This document shows, piece by piece, positions 43,801-52,609 of a DNA stretch of 64,000 bases (the first letter of the stretch is position 1; each line of letters starts with the position of its first letter). Both the position numbers and the translations under genes were made by a program. The DNA lies in contig JAILKU010000108.1 in NCBI GenBank assembly GCA_024693505.1, positions 3,115 to 67,114 on the forward strand, read 5' to 3'. Source of the stretch: Bacteroidaceae bacterium (GTDB lineage Bacteria; Bacteroidota; Bacteroidia; Bacteroidales; Bacteroidaceae). Under the pieces are notes generated by a model. That model had not been told where the DNA came from. It ran no database searches and worked only from the letters and a program-made list of their open reading frames with translations.

Positions 43801-43897
43801 GGTATAATGCTAAGACATCTTACTCTATTCATTGATACTCTTCACCTTATTATCTCTAAGTTTCGCATCCCTCTCCCCCTAAAGGGGACCGGGGGGC

Positions 43898-44518
43898 TTA
43901 TTTTCTCCCCTTATATATAAGGTATCCCACTACGCCTACGCCCAGCACAAGCATGGCAATCTTCAGCTCGCCGCTGTACTCGGCCACCTTCTCCTCGAGC
44001 TGACCGCTGAAGTGGCGACCGATGTACCAACCCATGGCAGCCAAGACAGTGTTCCAGAGGCCTGCACCCAGGGCTGTGTAGAGCAGGAAGCGGCTTAGGG
44101 GCATGCGGGCCAGGCCTGCGGGGATACTGATGAGCTGACGCACAGCGGGGACCAGTCGTCCGAAGAATGTGCCGATGGCGCCGTGCGAGGCAAAGTACTG
44201 CTCGGCTCGCTGCACCTTCTGCTCGTCAATGAGACAGACGTGCCCCAGGCGGCTATTGGCAAACCGATAGACGAGGGGACGACCCAGGTAGAGCGCCAGC
44301 CAGTAGTTGATGAGTGCGCCCAGGCAGGCGCCCAGCGTAGCGCAGAGGATGATGAGCAGGACGTTCTGCTCGCCGGTTGTTGCGGCCATGTAGGCAGCAG
44401 GGGGTACGACCACTTCACTGGGGAAGGGGATGAAACTGCTCTCGATGGTCATCAGCAGGGTGATGACCCAGTAGTTGAGGTGCTCGAGGCACCAGGCTAT
44501 GAATGGAATGCTCTGCAT
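43898..44518 (-). CDS. DedA family membrane protein
   Basis: 206 aa. Motif ESSFIPFPSEVVVPPAAYMAA and multiple TM helices. Confidence 0.85.
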   Translation of the reverse strand: MQSIPFIAWCLEHLNYWVITLLMTIESSFIPFPSEVVVPPAAYMAATTGEQNVLLIILCATLGACLGALINYWLALYLGRPLVYRFANSRLGHVCLIDEQKVQRAEQYFASHGAIGTFFGRLVPAVRQLISIPAGLARMPLSRFLLYTALGAGLWNTVLAAMGWYIGRHFSGQLEEKVAEYSGELKIAMLVLGVGVVGYLIYKGRK

Positions 44519-44630
44519 AAAGGGTTTTGAAAGTTTAAAAGTTTGACGAAGACGAAACGCTGCGCTACGAAACGCTGAAGCTACGAAAACGAAACGCTGC
44601 GCTAGGAAGGCTGATCATCGCGTAGCCCAT

Positions 44631-44790
44631 AGCTTTGACCTTTCGGTCGAGCCTGCTTCCGCTTGGAAATGCTCAAATAAATTTGGTATTTCTCTCGCTT
44701 ACCCGCAGCCTTGACCTGTCGGTCGAGCCTGCTTCCGCTCGGCATAGCTCAAACAAGTTTGACTCTGCCCTCGCTTGCTCGCAGCCTTTG
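44631..44790 (+). repeat. 2.1 tandem copies of a 76-nt unit; its core recurs inverted at 52203-52365
   Basis: Units at 44631-44706 and 44707-44782. The core CTTCCGCTTGGAAATGCTCAAATAAATTTGGTATTTCTCTCGCTTACCCG matches the reverse complement of 52.2-kb units at about 46 of 51 positions. Confidence 0.85.
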
Positions 44791-45010
44791 TTTTCGTTTT
44801 CGTACAGCTCTGCTGTCATGTCTTCGTTTTATTTTTCGTTAGGGTTAAGGTTGTTGTCATCATTTTCGTTTATCTTTTTGTTTTCGTTTATCTTTTTGTT
44901 TTCGTTTTCGTTTTCGCCTTCGTTAGGGTTTGGTTCTTTGTTGAAAATCTGTGTCATCTGTGTGACGCATATTCGTTAAGGTTAGGGTTAACGTTAGGGT
45001 TAAGGTTGTC
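44790..45010. repeat. low-complexity block: GTTTTCG runs, an 18-nt duplication and TTAGGGTTAAGG-like units
   Basis: GTTTTCGTTTATCTTTTT twice, GTTTTCGTTTTCGTTTTCG, and about 5 copies of (C)GTTAGGGTTAAGG variants. Confidence 0.7.
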
Positions 45011-45013
45011 GTT

Positions 45014-46162
45014 TCACACAAATTTCCGGCGGAAGGTACGCTTGTCGGCGGTGCGCCAGCGAAGCCAGGAGGCAAAGTCCCAGCGGGGAATGCGGTGGCG
45101 GAGTATGTGTAGGGTAAATATGTAGGACGGCAGGCCAAGGGCTTTCGTAGTGATGTGGAAAGACAACTGGCGGGCGATGGCCAACAAGAACCACAGCGTG
45201 ATGGCAGCTGCCGTTACTTGCCACTGAGGCCAGGACAGCAAGGCCAACAGAACACCTGATAGGAGAAAGAGGGGTGTGGCTAAGAGGCGCGTGGCATAGC
45301 GCAGTCGTGTAGGGAGCAGATGGTGCAGGTGGTGTCGTGTCTCAACAAAGAAGGTGCGTTCCCGAACCCATACCCTCGGGTCAGGAGCGTCCTGACGCAA
45401 TAGGGTATTACGGGCTACGTTGATGGCGCAGCGATCTGGCGAAACATTGTGATTGAGTAGCAAAGCCTCGGCGCCGCTGGTGAGTAATGCGCTGGAAGCA
45501 AAACCCTGATGCTGAAAGAAATGACTACGCCTATAGGCCATGCAAACAGGATCGCCATAAAACGGGGCTGTGCGTTGGCGGCTGGGGAGCCACATCATCT
45601 GATGCCAAAGGCGATGGAACTGCATGCGGCGCACCCTCCAGTGACTTAAAGAATCGAATACTGAAATGCCCAAGACGGCATCGGACTGCTCATCAAAGAC
45701 CGCTGTGAAGGCACTGAGCCAATTGGCATCGGGAGGCCAGCAACCGGCTTGCAGGAAGATAACCCACTCATACTGTGCCAAGCGGACACCCAAAGTGAGG
45801 GCAAGGCGTTGCATACTGATGTCGCGTGCCGAAGCCGGACAGAGCGTGTGGCTCAAATGGGGGTAGGTTTCCTCCAGTTCCTCGAGCAGGGATTGGGTCT
45901 CGTCGGTGCTCTGCTCATCGACCACGATGACCTCGAAGGAAGCATCGTAGTTCTGGTTGAGCAGTTGTGGCAGGCATGTGCGAATGTATGTACTATGGTC
46001 GTGGACGGGGATGATGATGGACACGGATGGAGGAGCAGAGGAAGTGCCTTGGCAGGCTGCCTGCTGACGGCTGAGACGACCCAGACGACCGTAGCTGATG
46101 GCATGCCAAAGACAGACTGCCCATGAAAGCAATACGATGATGTAGAGCGGTGCTATTTCCAT
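45014..46162 (-). CDS. family 2 glycosyltransferase (membrane-associated)
   Basis: 382 aa. SIIIPVHDHSTYIRTCLPQLLNQNY..EVIVVDEQSTDET, with flanking TM helices. Confidence 0.8.
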   Translation of the reverse strand: MEIAPLYIIVLLSWAVCLWHAISYGRLGRLSRQQAACQGTSSAPPSVSIIIPVHDHSTYIRTCLPQLLNQNYDASFEVIVVDEQSTDETQSLLEELEETYPHLSHTLCPASARDISMQRLALTLGVRLAQYEWVIFLQAGCWPPDANWLSAFTAVFDEQSDAVLGISVFDSLSHWRVRRMQFHRLWHQMMWLPSRQRTAPFYGDPVCMAYRRSHFFQHQGFASSALLTSGAEALLLNHNVSPDRCAINVARNTLLRQDAPDPRVWVRERTFFVETRHHLHHLLPTRLRYATRLLATPLFLLSGVLLALLSWPQWQVTAAAITLWFLLAIARQLSFHITTKALGLPSYIFTLHILRHRIPRWDFASWLRWRTADKRTFRRKFV

Positions 46163-46166
46163 GTGT

Positions 46167-47333
46167 TCAGGTCAGGTCTTCTGTAGTGTAGCTGGCAGGC
46201 AGACGCCGGCAGTTATATTGGCTGGCCATCGTCTCGCCATAGGCACCAGCGGAGCGAATGGCTAACAGGTTGCCGCGTCGTGTCTCGGCCAAGGGATAGT
46301 CAGCTGCAAAGACGTCGCTACTCTCACAGATGGGACCGACAACGTCGTACGGCATCTCTGACCCTTGGCTGTCGAAGTTTTGAATGCGATGAAGAGCATG
46401 GTACAGGGCGGGGCGGATGAGTTCCGTCATGCCTGCATCAACGATGGCAAAACTCTTCTCACTTCCTTCTTTGACATAAAGACATCGCGTAATAAGTGAG
46501 CCGCACTGCCCGACGATGGCACGGCCCAGTTCGAAGTGTAGCTGCTGGCCGGGGCGCAATTTCAGTTGGCTGGCATAGGTCTGGAAGTAAGACTGGAAGT
46601 CGGGGATGGGATGAGCGTCGGGGTCAGCATAGTCGATACCCAGTCCGCCACCTACGTTGATATGTTCCACGGGACCGAAGCCCTGCTGCTCAAGGCGATC
46701 CTGTAATTCGTTGATACGAAGGCATAGAGCTGCGAAATCGTCCATCTGCAGAATCTGGCTGCCGATATGGAAGTGCAGGCCGGAGAAGTGGACGTGGCTC
46801 ATTGAGCGAGTCAGGGCGATGACATGTTCCATATCCTGCATGGCGATCCCGAATTTGTTCTCAGCCAGGCCGGTGGTGATGTTGGAATGGGTATGTGCCC
46901 CGACGTCGGGATTGATGCGGAAGCAGACACGAGCAATACAATTCTTAAGGGTTGCCAGTTCATTGATGACTTGCAGTTCGGGGACACTCTCTACATTGAA
47001 GCACCCGATACCGGCCTCCAGGGCTAAGTTGATTTCCCAGTCGGCTTTCCCTACACCAGCGAAGACAATCTTGTTGGCAGGAAATCCGGCGTCGAGACAT
47101 GCTTGTATCTCGCCGCCGCTGACGCAATCGGCACCCAGTCCTGCATTGACGATATGAGTCAAAACCTTAGGATTCGTGCAGGCCTTTACGGCATAATGAA
47201 CATGGAATGCAGGGCGAGACACTGTTTGCTCCTTGATGGCGCAAAGCGTTTGGTCGAGCAACGCCGTGTCATAAAAATAGAAGGGCGTTTCCAAGGAACG
47301 GAACTTAGACAAGGGGAGGGCGGCTGTCATCAT
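46167..47333 (-). CDS. lysA: diaminopimelate decarboxylase
   Basis: 388 aa. PLP-fold motifs HYAVKACTNPKV, DCVSGGEI, HFHIGSQI and GAYG. Confidence 0.9.
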   Translation of the reverse strand: MMTAALPLSKFRSLETPFYFYDTALLDQTLCAIKEQTVSRPAFHVHYAVKACTNPKVLTHIVNAGLGADCVSGGEIQACLDAGFPANKIVFAGVGKADWEINLALEAGIGCFNVESVPELQVINELATLKNCIARVCFRINPDVGAHTHSNITTGLAENKFGIAMQDMEHVIALTRSMSHVHFSGLHFHIGSQILQMDDFAALCLRINELQDRLEQQGFGPVEHINVGGGLGIDYADPDAHPIPDFQSYFQTYASQLKLRPGQQLHFELGRAIVGQCGSLITRCLYVKEGSEKSFAIVDAGMTELIRPALYHALHRIQNFDSQGSEMPYDVVGPICESSDVFAADYPLAETRRGNLLAIRSAGAYGETMASQYNCRRLPASYTTEDLT

Positions 47334-48655
47334 TTCTTAGTCGGGAAAAGGGTGTTACTGAGGGCCTGCAGGGTGCGCTGCTTGTCTTCGGCTCGTACAA
47401 GGAATGAGATGTTATGGTTGGACCCGCCATAGCTGATCATGCGAACCGGAACATCGTGAAGCGCACTACAAGCCAATGTCTCGAAGCCTACGTTGTCGGT
47501 ACTTAGGTCGCCCACGACGCAGATGATGACCATGTCGTGCTCTACGGTAACGGTGCCGTATTTCTTCAGCTCATCAACGATGTCGGCCATATGGTCGGGG
47601 TTGTCGATGGTGACAGATACGCCCACCTCGCTGGTGCAGACCATGTCGATACTGGTCTTGTACGTCTCGAATATCTCGAATACCTTACGCAGGAAACCAT
47701 GGGCAAGCAACATGCGGCTACTCTGGATCTGAATGCAGATGATCTTGTCCTTGGCGGCAACGGCCTTTATGGTGCCGGGTTGGAAATCGTTGTTGATGAT
47801 AGTGCCGGGCGCGGTGGGATCCAATGTGTTGAGCAGGCGCACCGGTACACCGGCAAACTTGGCGGGCTGGATGCAGGTGGGGTGCAGGATCTTGGCTCCG
47901 AAGTATGCCAGCTCGGCTGCCTCCTCGAAATGAAGCTGGCGGACCGGTTCGGTGTGCTCCACAACACGCGGGTCGTTGTTATGCATGCCGTCTATGTCGG
48001 TCCAGATGTGAATCTCCTCGGCCTGGATGGCTGCACCGATGAGGCATGCGGTATAGTCTGAGCCGCCACGCAGCAGGTTATCGACCTCGCCGTAGGCATT
48101 GCGGCAGATAAAACCCTGTGTGATGTATATCTTACGGTCGGGATTAACCTTCAGAGCCTCTAAGCAGCGTTCGCGGATGTAGTTGAAGTCGGGTTCGGCA
48201 TTCTTGTCTGTGCGGATGATGTCGAGGGCGTTCAGAAGGATGGCACTTACGCCGGCTTCCTGTAGGTAGTTCGTTACCATATTGGTGCTCATAATCTCGC
48301 CCTGAGCCAGGATGACTTTTTCCTCGAACGAGGTAAAGTGTACCTTGGTAAAGGAACGCAGATAGTCGAACTCGTCGCGCAGGAACTGAGCTGTCTTGTT
48401 GCGCCAAGTCTCGGTGGAGTAGAGTGCCTGGACGTGGCGCATATAAGTCTGTTCCAGCCGGTTGATGATGGTGTTGGCACCTTCAGGGTTCTTCTTGTAG
48501 AGGTAGTTGGCTATCTCCACCAGGGTGTTAGTTGTGCCAGACATGGCGGAGAGCACGACTATCTTCTGCTGGCCATCAGTCGTGATGAGTTTGGCCACTT
48601 CTTTCATTCGTTGGGGGGAACCTACGGATGTGCCCCCGAATTTCAATACTTTCAT
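47330..48655 (-). CDS. lysC: aspartate kinase
   Basis: 441 aa. MKVLKFGGTSVGS, VVVLSAMSGTTN and C-terminal ACT domains. Its stop overlaps the lysA ATG (47330-47333). Confidence 0.9.
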   Translation of the reverse strand: MKVLKFGGTSVGSPQRMKEVAKLITTDGQQKIVVLSAMSGTTNTLVEIANYLYKKNPEGANTIINRLEQTYMRHVQALYSTETWRNKTAQFLRDEFDYLRSFTKVHFTSFEEKVILAQGEIMSTNMVTNYLQEAGVSAILLNALDIIRTDKNAEPDFNYIRERCLEALKVNPDRKIYITQGFICRNAYGEVDNLLRGGSDYTACLIGAAIQAEEIHIWTDIDGMHNNDPRVVEHTEPVRQLHFEEAAELAYFGAKILHPTCIQPAKFAGVPVRLLNTLDPTAPGTIINNDFQPGTIKAVAAKDKIICIQIQSSRMLLAHGFLRKVFEIFETYKTSIDMVCTSEVGVSVTIDNPDHMADIVDELKKYGTVTVEHDMVIICVVGDLSTDNVGFETLACSALHDVPVRMISYGGSNHNISFLVRAEDKQRTLQALSNTLFPTKK

Positions 48656-48711
48656 CTTCTTGGTGTGGTTGCTATTGTTGCTATTTCTTGTGAATTAATT
48701 CTCTGATTTCT

Positions 48712-49443
48712 CTATGGTGCTTGCGTTTCGTCCAGATCTTCTGCCTGTGCATTGGTCTTGTCCTGTAACTGCCTCGCCGGCACTTGTTTGGTCAGTCTGT
48801 TCTCTGAGCATTGGTAGATGGTGCCGGGGAAGTACTGAGGCCACTGCAGGTTGTGGGTGCTGATAATGACGGTGGTATCCTGCTGTCGGCGTATCTCGTC
48901 GAGGGTTGCCAGGATGAGCTCGCCGTTCTCGGTGTCCAGGTTGCCTGTGGGTTCGTCGGCCAGGATGACCTTAGGGTTGTTCAGCAGGGCACGGGCGATG
49001 CTGACGCGTTGCTGTTCGCCTCCGGAGAGTTCCCAGATATGTTTGTTGAGGTGGGATTGCAGTTTAACGATGCCCAGTACCTCTTCGATGCGCTCCTGTC
49101 GCTGTGCTTTCTTCTTCCAGTCGGTAGCTCGGAGTACGAAGTCCAGATTCTGACGTACTGTCCGGTCGGGCAGCAGGCGGAAGTCCTGAAAGACGATGCC
49201 CAACTCGCGCCTGAGCGAGGGTTGTTGGCTTGTGCGAAGCCGAAGCAAGTCGTAGCCCAGTATCTGAGCCCGTTCGCCCTTGCACTTCACCTCGCCATAG
49301 AGCGTCTTCAGCAGTGAGGACTTTCCACTGCCTACGGGACCCACCAGATAGACCATCTCGCCTGCCTCTACCTGAAAGCAAACATCGGTCAGGACACGGT
49401 GTTCGCCCACGTAAATGTCTATGTTCTGATAATCGATTGTCAT
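48712..49443 (-). CDS. ftsE: cell-division ABC ATPase FtsE-like
   Basis: Walker A GPVGSGKSSLL, signature LSGGEQQRVSIARAL, Walker B ILADEPTGNLD. ATG 49441-49443 lies 2 nt after the hisIE stop. Confidence 0.7.
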   Translation of the reverse strand: MTIDYQNIDIYVGEHRVLTDVCFQVEAGEMVYLVGPVGSGKSSLLKTLYGEVKCKGERAQILGYDLLRLRTSQQPSLRRELGIVFQDFRLLPDRTVRQNLDFVLRATDWKKKAQRQERIEEVLGIVKLQSHLNKHIWELSGGEQQRVSIARALLNNPKVILADEPTGNLDTENGELILATLDEIRRQQDTTVIISTHNLQWPQYFPGTIYQCSENRLTKQVPARQLQDKTNAQAEDLDETQAP

Positions 49444-49445
49444 GG

Positions 49446-50072
49446 TTAGTGCTTTTTCCAACCGGGTTGATGACGTTCTGCCAGCTCTTGGGCCAGATCC
49501 TCGATGCGCAGGCCCTTCTCGGTGAGCAGGACGATGAGGTGATACAGCATGTCCGAGCCTTCATAGACGAGGCGCTCGTTGGTGCCGTTGACTGCCTCAA
49601 TGACCAACTCCAGTGCTTCCTCGCCCACCTTCTGGGCCATGCGGTTCAGTCCGTCGCGGAAGAGGTTCGTGGTATAGCTGCCTTCTGGCATCTCGCGATG
49701 GCGTTGCTCGATGAAGTCGCTCAGCTGGCTCAGGAAGAGCAGGGGATTGGCCTCATTCTCTTCGCCCCAACAAGTATCGGTACCCTTGTGGCAAGTGGGC
49801 CCGTTGGGGTGAACGCGTACCAGTAGCGTATCGCCGTCGCAGTCGTTCTTGATATCTACAAGACGAAGATGGTTGCCGCTGGTCTCGCCCTTTGTCCACA
49901 GGCACTGCCGTGAGCGGCTCCAGAAGGTTACCAGTCCCGTTTCAACGGTCTTCTGGTAAGCCTCTTCGTTCATATAGCCCAGCATCAGCACTTGCCTGGT
50001 GTCGGCATCCTGAATGATGGCTGGCACCAGGCCGCCGCATTTCTGAAAGTCTATATCCATGTTGTGTCTCAT
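49446..50072 (-). CDS. hisI: bifunctional phosphoribosyl-AMP cyclohydrolase / phosphoribosyl-ATP diphosphatase
   Basis: 208 aa. LVPAIIQDADTRQVLMLGYMN, WSRSRQCLWTKGETSGN, and a HisE helical C-terminal half. Confidence 0.9.
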   Translation of the reverse strand: MRHNMDIDFQKCGGLVPAIIQDADTRQVLMLGYMNEEAYQKTVETGLVTFWSRSRQCLWTKGETSGNHLRLVDIKNDCDGDTLLVRVHPNGPTCHKGTDTCWGEENEANPLLFLSQLSDFIEQRHREMPEGSYTTNLFRDGLNRMAQKVGEEALELVIEAVNGTNERLVYEGSDMLYHLIVLLTEKGLRIEDLAQELAERHQPGWKKH

Positions 50073-50100
50073 AATTCCTTATATGATTCTTGTATTTGAT

Positions 50101-50856
50101 TTATAATCTGACGTTTGTACCTTCTTTTCTTAAGTACGTCTTCAGTTCCTTTATGCCTATCTCGCCGAAATGGAAAACGCTGGCAGCCAGGGCTGCATCG
50201 GCCAGTCCGAGAGTGAATGCATCGCGGAAGTGTGACATCTCTCCGGCTCCTCCTGAGGCGATGACCGGGATGGATAGTGAGGTGGCCAGCCGGGCCAGTG
50301 CCTCGCAGGCGAAGCCCGTCTTTACACCGTCATGATTCATGCTGGTGAAGAGTATCTCGCCGGCGCCCCGGTCGTTGGCTTCGCGGGCCCACTCGAACAG
50401 ACCCCGCCCGGTAGATACCCGTCCCCCGTTCAGGTAGCACGTCCAGCCTGTCTCATCCTGACGGGCGTCGATGGCGACAACACAGACCTGACTGCCGAAG
50501 TGCCGCACGATTTCGTCTATCAGCTCAGGGCGGCGCAGGGCGGAGCTGTTCACGCTTACCTTGTCTGCTCCTGCAGCCAGCAGACGCTCTACGTCAGCCA
50601 GTTCGCTGATACCGCCGCCTACGGTGAAGGGAATGCTTATCTCGGCCGCAACGCGTTGCACCATCTGTGCAAAAGTCTTCCGACCTTCGTGACTGGCGGT
50701 GATGTCCAGGAAGACCAACTCGTCTGCCCCCTGCTCGCTATAGGCCCTGCCCAACTCGACCGGGTCGCCGGCGTGCCGGAGGTTCAGGAAGTTTGTCCCT
50801 TTGACCGTCTGCCCATCCTTCACATCCAGGCAGGGTATGATTCGTTTTGCTAACAT
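50101..50856 (-). CDS. hisF: imidazole glycerol phosphate synthase cyclase subunit
   Basis: [15 protein letters not shown]..., with GADKVSVNS and SGGAG motifs. Confidence 0.95.
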   Translation of the reverse strand: MLAKRIIPCLDVKDGQTVKGTNFLNLRHAGDPVELGRAYSEQGADELVFLDITASHEGRKTFAQMVQRVAAEISIPFTVGGGISELADVERLLAAGADKVSVNSSALRRPELIDEIVRHFGSQVCVVAIDARQDETGWTCYLNGGRVSTGRGLFEWAREANDRGAGEILFTSMNHDGVKTGFACEALARLATSLSIPVIASGGAGEMSHFRDAFTLGLADAALAASVFHFGEIGIKELKTYLRKEGTNVRL

Positions 50857-51593
50857 GTCTCAGTCTTTTGTATTCGTTCCAGTAGTTCCTGCAAGTCGAT
50901 GCGTCCCTCGTAGATTGCCTTTCCGAAGACGACAGCCGGGATGCCGGCTTGTTGGAGATCCAGGATGTCTTGCAGGCCGCTCACACCGCCCGAGGCGATG
51001 AGATGACATTGCGGATGGGCCTGCATTACACTGCTGTAAAGGTCGATGGCGGGTCCGCCCAGCGTACCGTCGCGACTGATCTCGGTGCAGAGTACATAGC
51101 GCGTTCCGGCTTGGATGTAACGGTTCAGGAAGTCGGGTAGGGACTCCTGACTGTCCTCAAGCCATCCGTTTATGCTTACCTTGCCCTGTCGGACATCGGC
51201 TCCCAGTATCATTCGCTCGGGACCATACTGCTCTAGCCACTGCATGAAGAGTGCAGGCCTTGTGACGGCAATACTGCCGGCTGTTACCATTGCAGCACCC
51301 GCCTCCAGCACAAGGCGGATATCCTCGTCGGTCTTTACGCCACCTCCGAAATCTACCGTCAGGCTGGTTGCCTCGCAGATGCGCCTGAGGACAGGCAGAT
51401 TTACGACGTGTCGGCTCTTCGCACCGTCCAGATCAACCAGATGGAGACGCTTGAATCCAAGTTCCTCGAAATGGACTGCCATCTTCACAGGGTCGTCAGC
51501 ATAGACCTTCTGCGAGGCGTAGTCGCCTTTTGTCAGACGGACACACTTGCCGTCGATGAGGTCTATAGCGGGAATGAGCTCAATGGGTTTCAT
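50850..51593 (-). CDS. hisA: ProFAR isomerase
   Basis: [22 protein letters not shown]..., LHLVDLDGA and ASGGVS. Confidence 0.9.
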   Translation of the reverse strand: MKPIELIPAIDLIDGKCVRLTKGDYASQKVYADDPVKMAVHFEELGFKRLHLVDLDGAKSRHVVNLPVLRRICEATSLTVDFGGGVKTDEDIRLVLEAGAAMVTAGSIAVTRPALFMQWLEQYGPERMILGADVRQGKVSINGWLEDSQESLPDFLNRYIQAGTRYVLCTEISRDGTLGGPAIDLYSSVMQAHPQCHLIASGGVSGLQDILDLQQAGIPAVVFGKAIYEGRIDLQELLERIQKTETC

Positions 51594-52180
51594 AGTTCCA
51601 GGAAGTTACGTAGGATGCGCTCGCCGACGCTTCCACTCTTCTCGGGGTGGAACTGTGTGGCGTAGAAATTGTCTCGGTGCAGAGCAGCACTGAATGATTC
51701 GATGTACTGCGTTTCGGCTACAGTCCAAGGGCAGACAGGCACATAGAAACTGTGTACGAAATAGACGAACTCGCCGCCCAGAAAACCCCGAAAGAGCGAG
51801 GCTGCAGGCCGTTCCAGCTGATTCCATCCCATGTGCGGTACCTTGTGCTGTGCCTCTTGGGGTCGGAAGCGGAGTACAGGCACGTCAAAGATGCCCAGGC
51901 AGTCTACATCACCTTCTTCGCTGTGGCGGCACATCAGCTGCTGTCCGATGCAGATGCCCAGCACGGGTTGCTTTAGTTCCCTGATGAGGCAGTCCAGTCC
52001 ACGTTCCCTTAGGTAGGACATGGCGTGGCTGGCTTCCCCCTGTCCGGGGAAAATGACGCGGTCGGCCCTCTTCAGCGTTTCGGCATCATCTGTCAACACG
52101 GCATCTACACCCAGTCGTTGAAGGGCGTGGAGGACGGAATAGATATTCCCGGCATTGTATTTGACTACAGCTACATTCAT
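51590..52180 (-). CDS. hisH: imidazole glycerol phosphate synthase glutamine amidotransferase subunit
   Basis: MNVAVVKYNAGNIYSV from ATG 52178-52180, with PGQG, GICIGQQL and HSFY motifs. The longer ORF start lies inside the promoter region. Confidence 0.9.
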   Translation of the reverse strand: MNVAVVKYNAGNIYSVLHALQRLGVDAVLTDDAETLKRADRVIFPGQGEASHAMSYLRERGLDCLIRELKQPVLGICIGQQLMCRHSEEGDVDCLGIFDVPVLRFRPQEAQHKVPHMGWNQLERPAASLFRGFLGGEFVYFVHSFYVPVCPWTVAETQYIESFSAALHRDNFYATQFHPEKSGSVGERILRNFLEL

Positions 52181-52201
52181 CTTTTTACACTTTTCGGGGT
52201 G

Positions 52202-52209
52202 CAAAGGTA
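52202..52209 (-). promoter_or_regulatory. candidate -7 box (TACCTTTG on minus strand) for hisH-A-F-IE
   Basis: The plus strand reads CAAAGGTA, about 22 nt upstream of ATG 52180. It forms the proximal end of the 74-nt repeat. Confidence 0.45.
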
Positions 52210-52365
52210 CGAATAAGCGAGCGAAATACCAAATTTATTTGAGTATTTCCGAGCGGAAGTACTTTCAACGGCAGTTAAAGGTACGAATAAGCGAGCGAAA
52301 TACCAAATTTATTTGAGTATTTCCGAGCGGAAGTACTTTCAACGATAGTTAAAGGTACGAAAAAG
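52203..52365 (-). repeat. 2.2 tandem copies of a 74-nt unit, same family as 44631-44790 in inverted orientation
   Basis: Units at 52203-52276 and 52277-52350, partial from 52351. The two full units are near-identical (AAAGGTACGAATAAGCGAGCGAAATACCAAATTTATTTGAGTATTTCCGAGCGGAAGTACTTTCAACGNNAGTT). Confidence 0.9.
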
Positions 52366-52573
52366 ACGGTTAAGTTAATTCAAACGGAAAAAATTTTATG
52401 TTTTTTTACTTCCAATCTTCATTAGCGATAAGACAGATAAAAACTCTTCTTTTTGGGGGGTAGCATGGCATAGTTGTGCGCAATTGTGTAACTTGCGGCT
52501 TCAATATCTTCCATTTGTGGCTTTCTTTCGGTTGAAAATCTGTGTCTTTTTTGGTGTTATCCTCGTTTATTTG

Positions 52574-52581
52574 TATTTTTG
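52574..52581 (+). promoter_or_regulatory. candidate -7 box (TATTTTTG) for the TonB-dependent receptor
   Basis: TATTTTTG about 29 nt upstream of ATG 52610. Confidence 0.4.
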
Positions 52582-52609
52582 CGCCAGAATCAAATACTAT
52601 AATGATAAC

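Noticed and set aside
44850-45010. TTAGGG/CCCTAA-like units as telomeric repeats or eukaryotic contamination.
   Set aside because: The units are degenerate (TTAGGGTTAAGG, TTAAGGTTAGGG) and interspersed with other motifs. They are embedded in contiguous bacterial sequence between bona fide bacterial genes.
44790-52203. The 7.4-kb block between the inverted 74/76-nt repeats as a programmed invertible (phase-variable) segment.
   Set aside because: The block consists of biosynthetic housekeeping genes (lysA, lysC, hisIE-F-A-H, ftsE). No site-specific recombinase is nearby, and known Bacteroidales invertons are a few hundred bp long. I kept only the repeat relationship as a finding.
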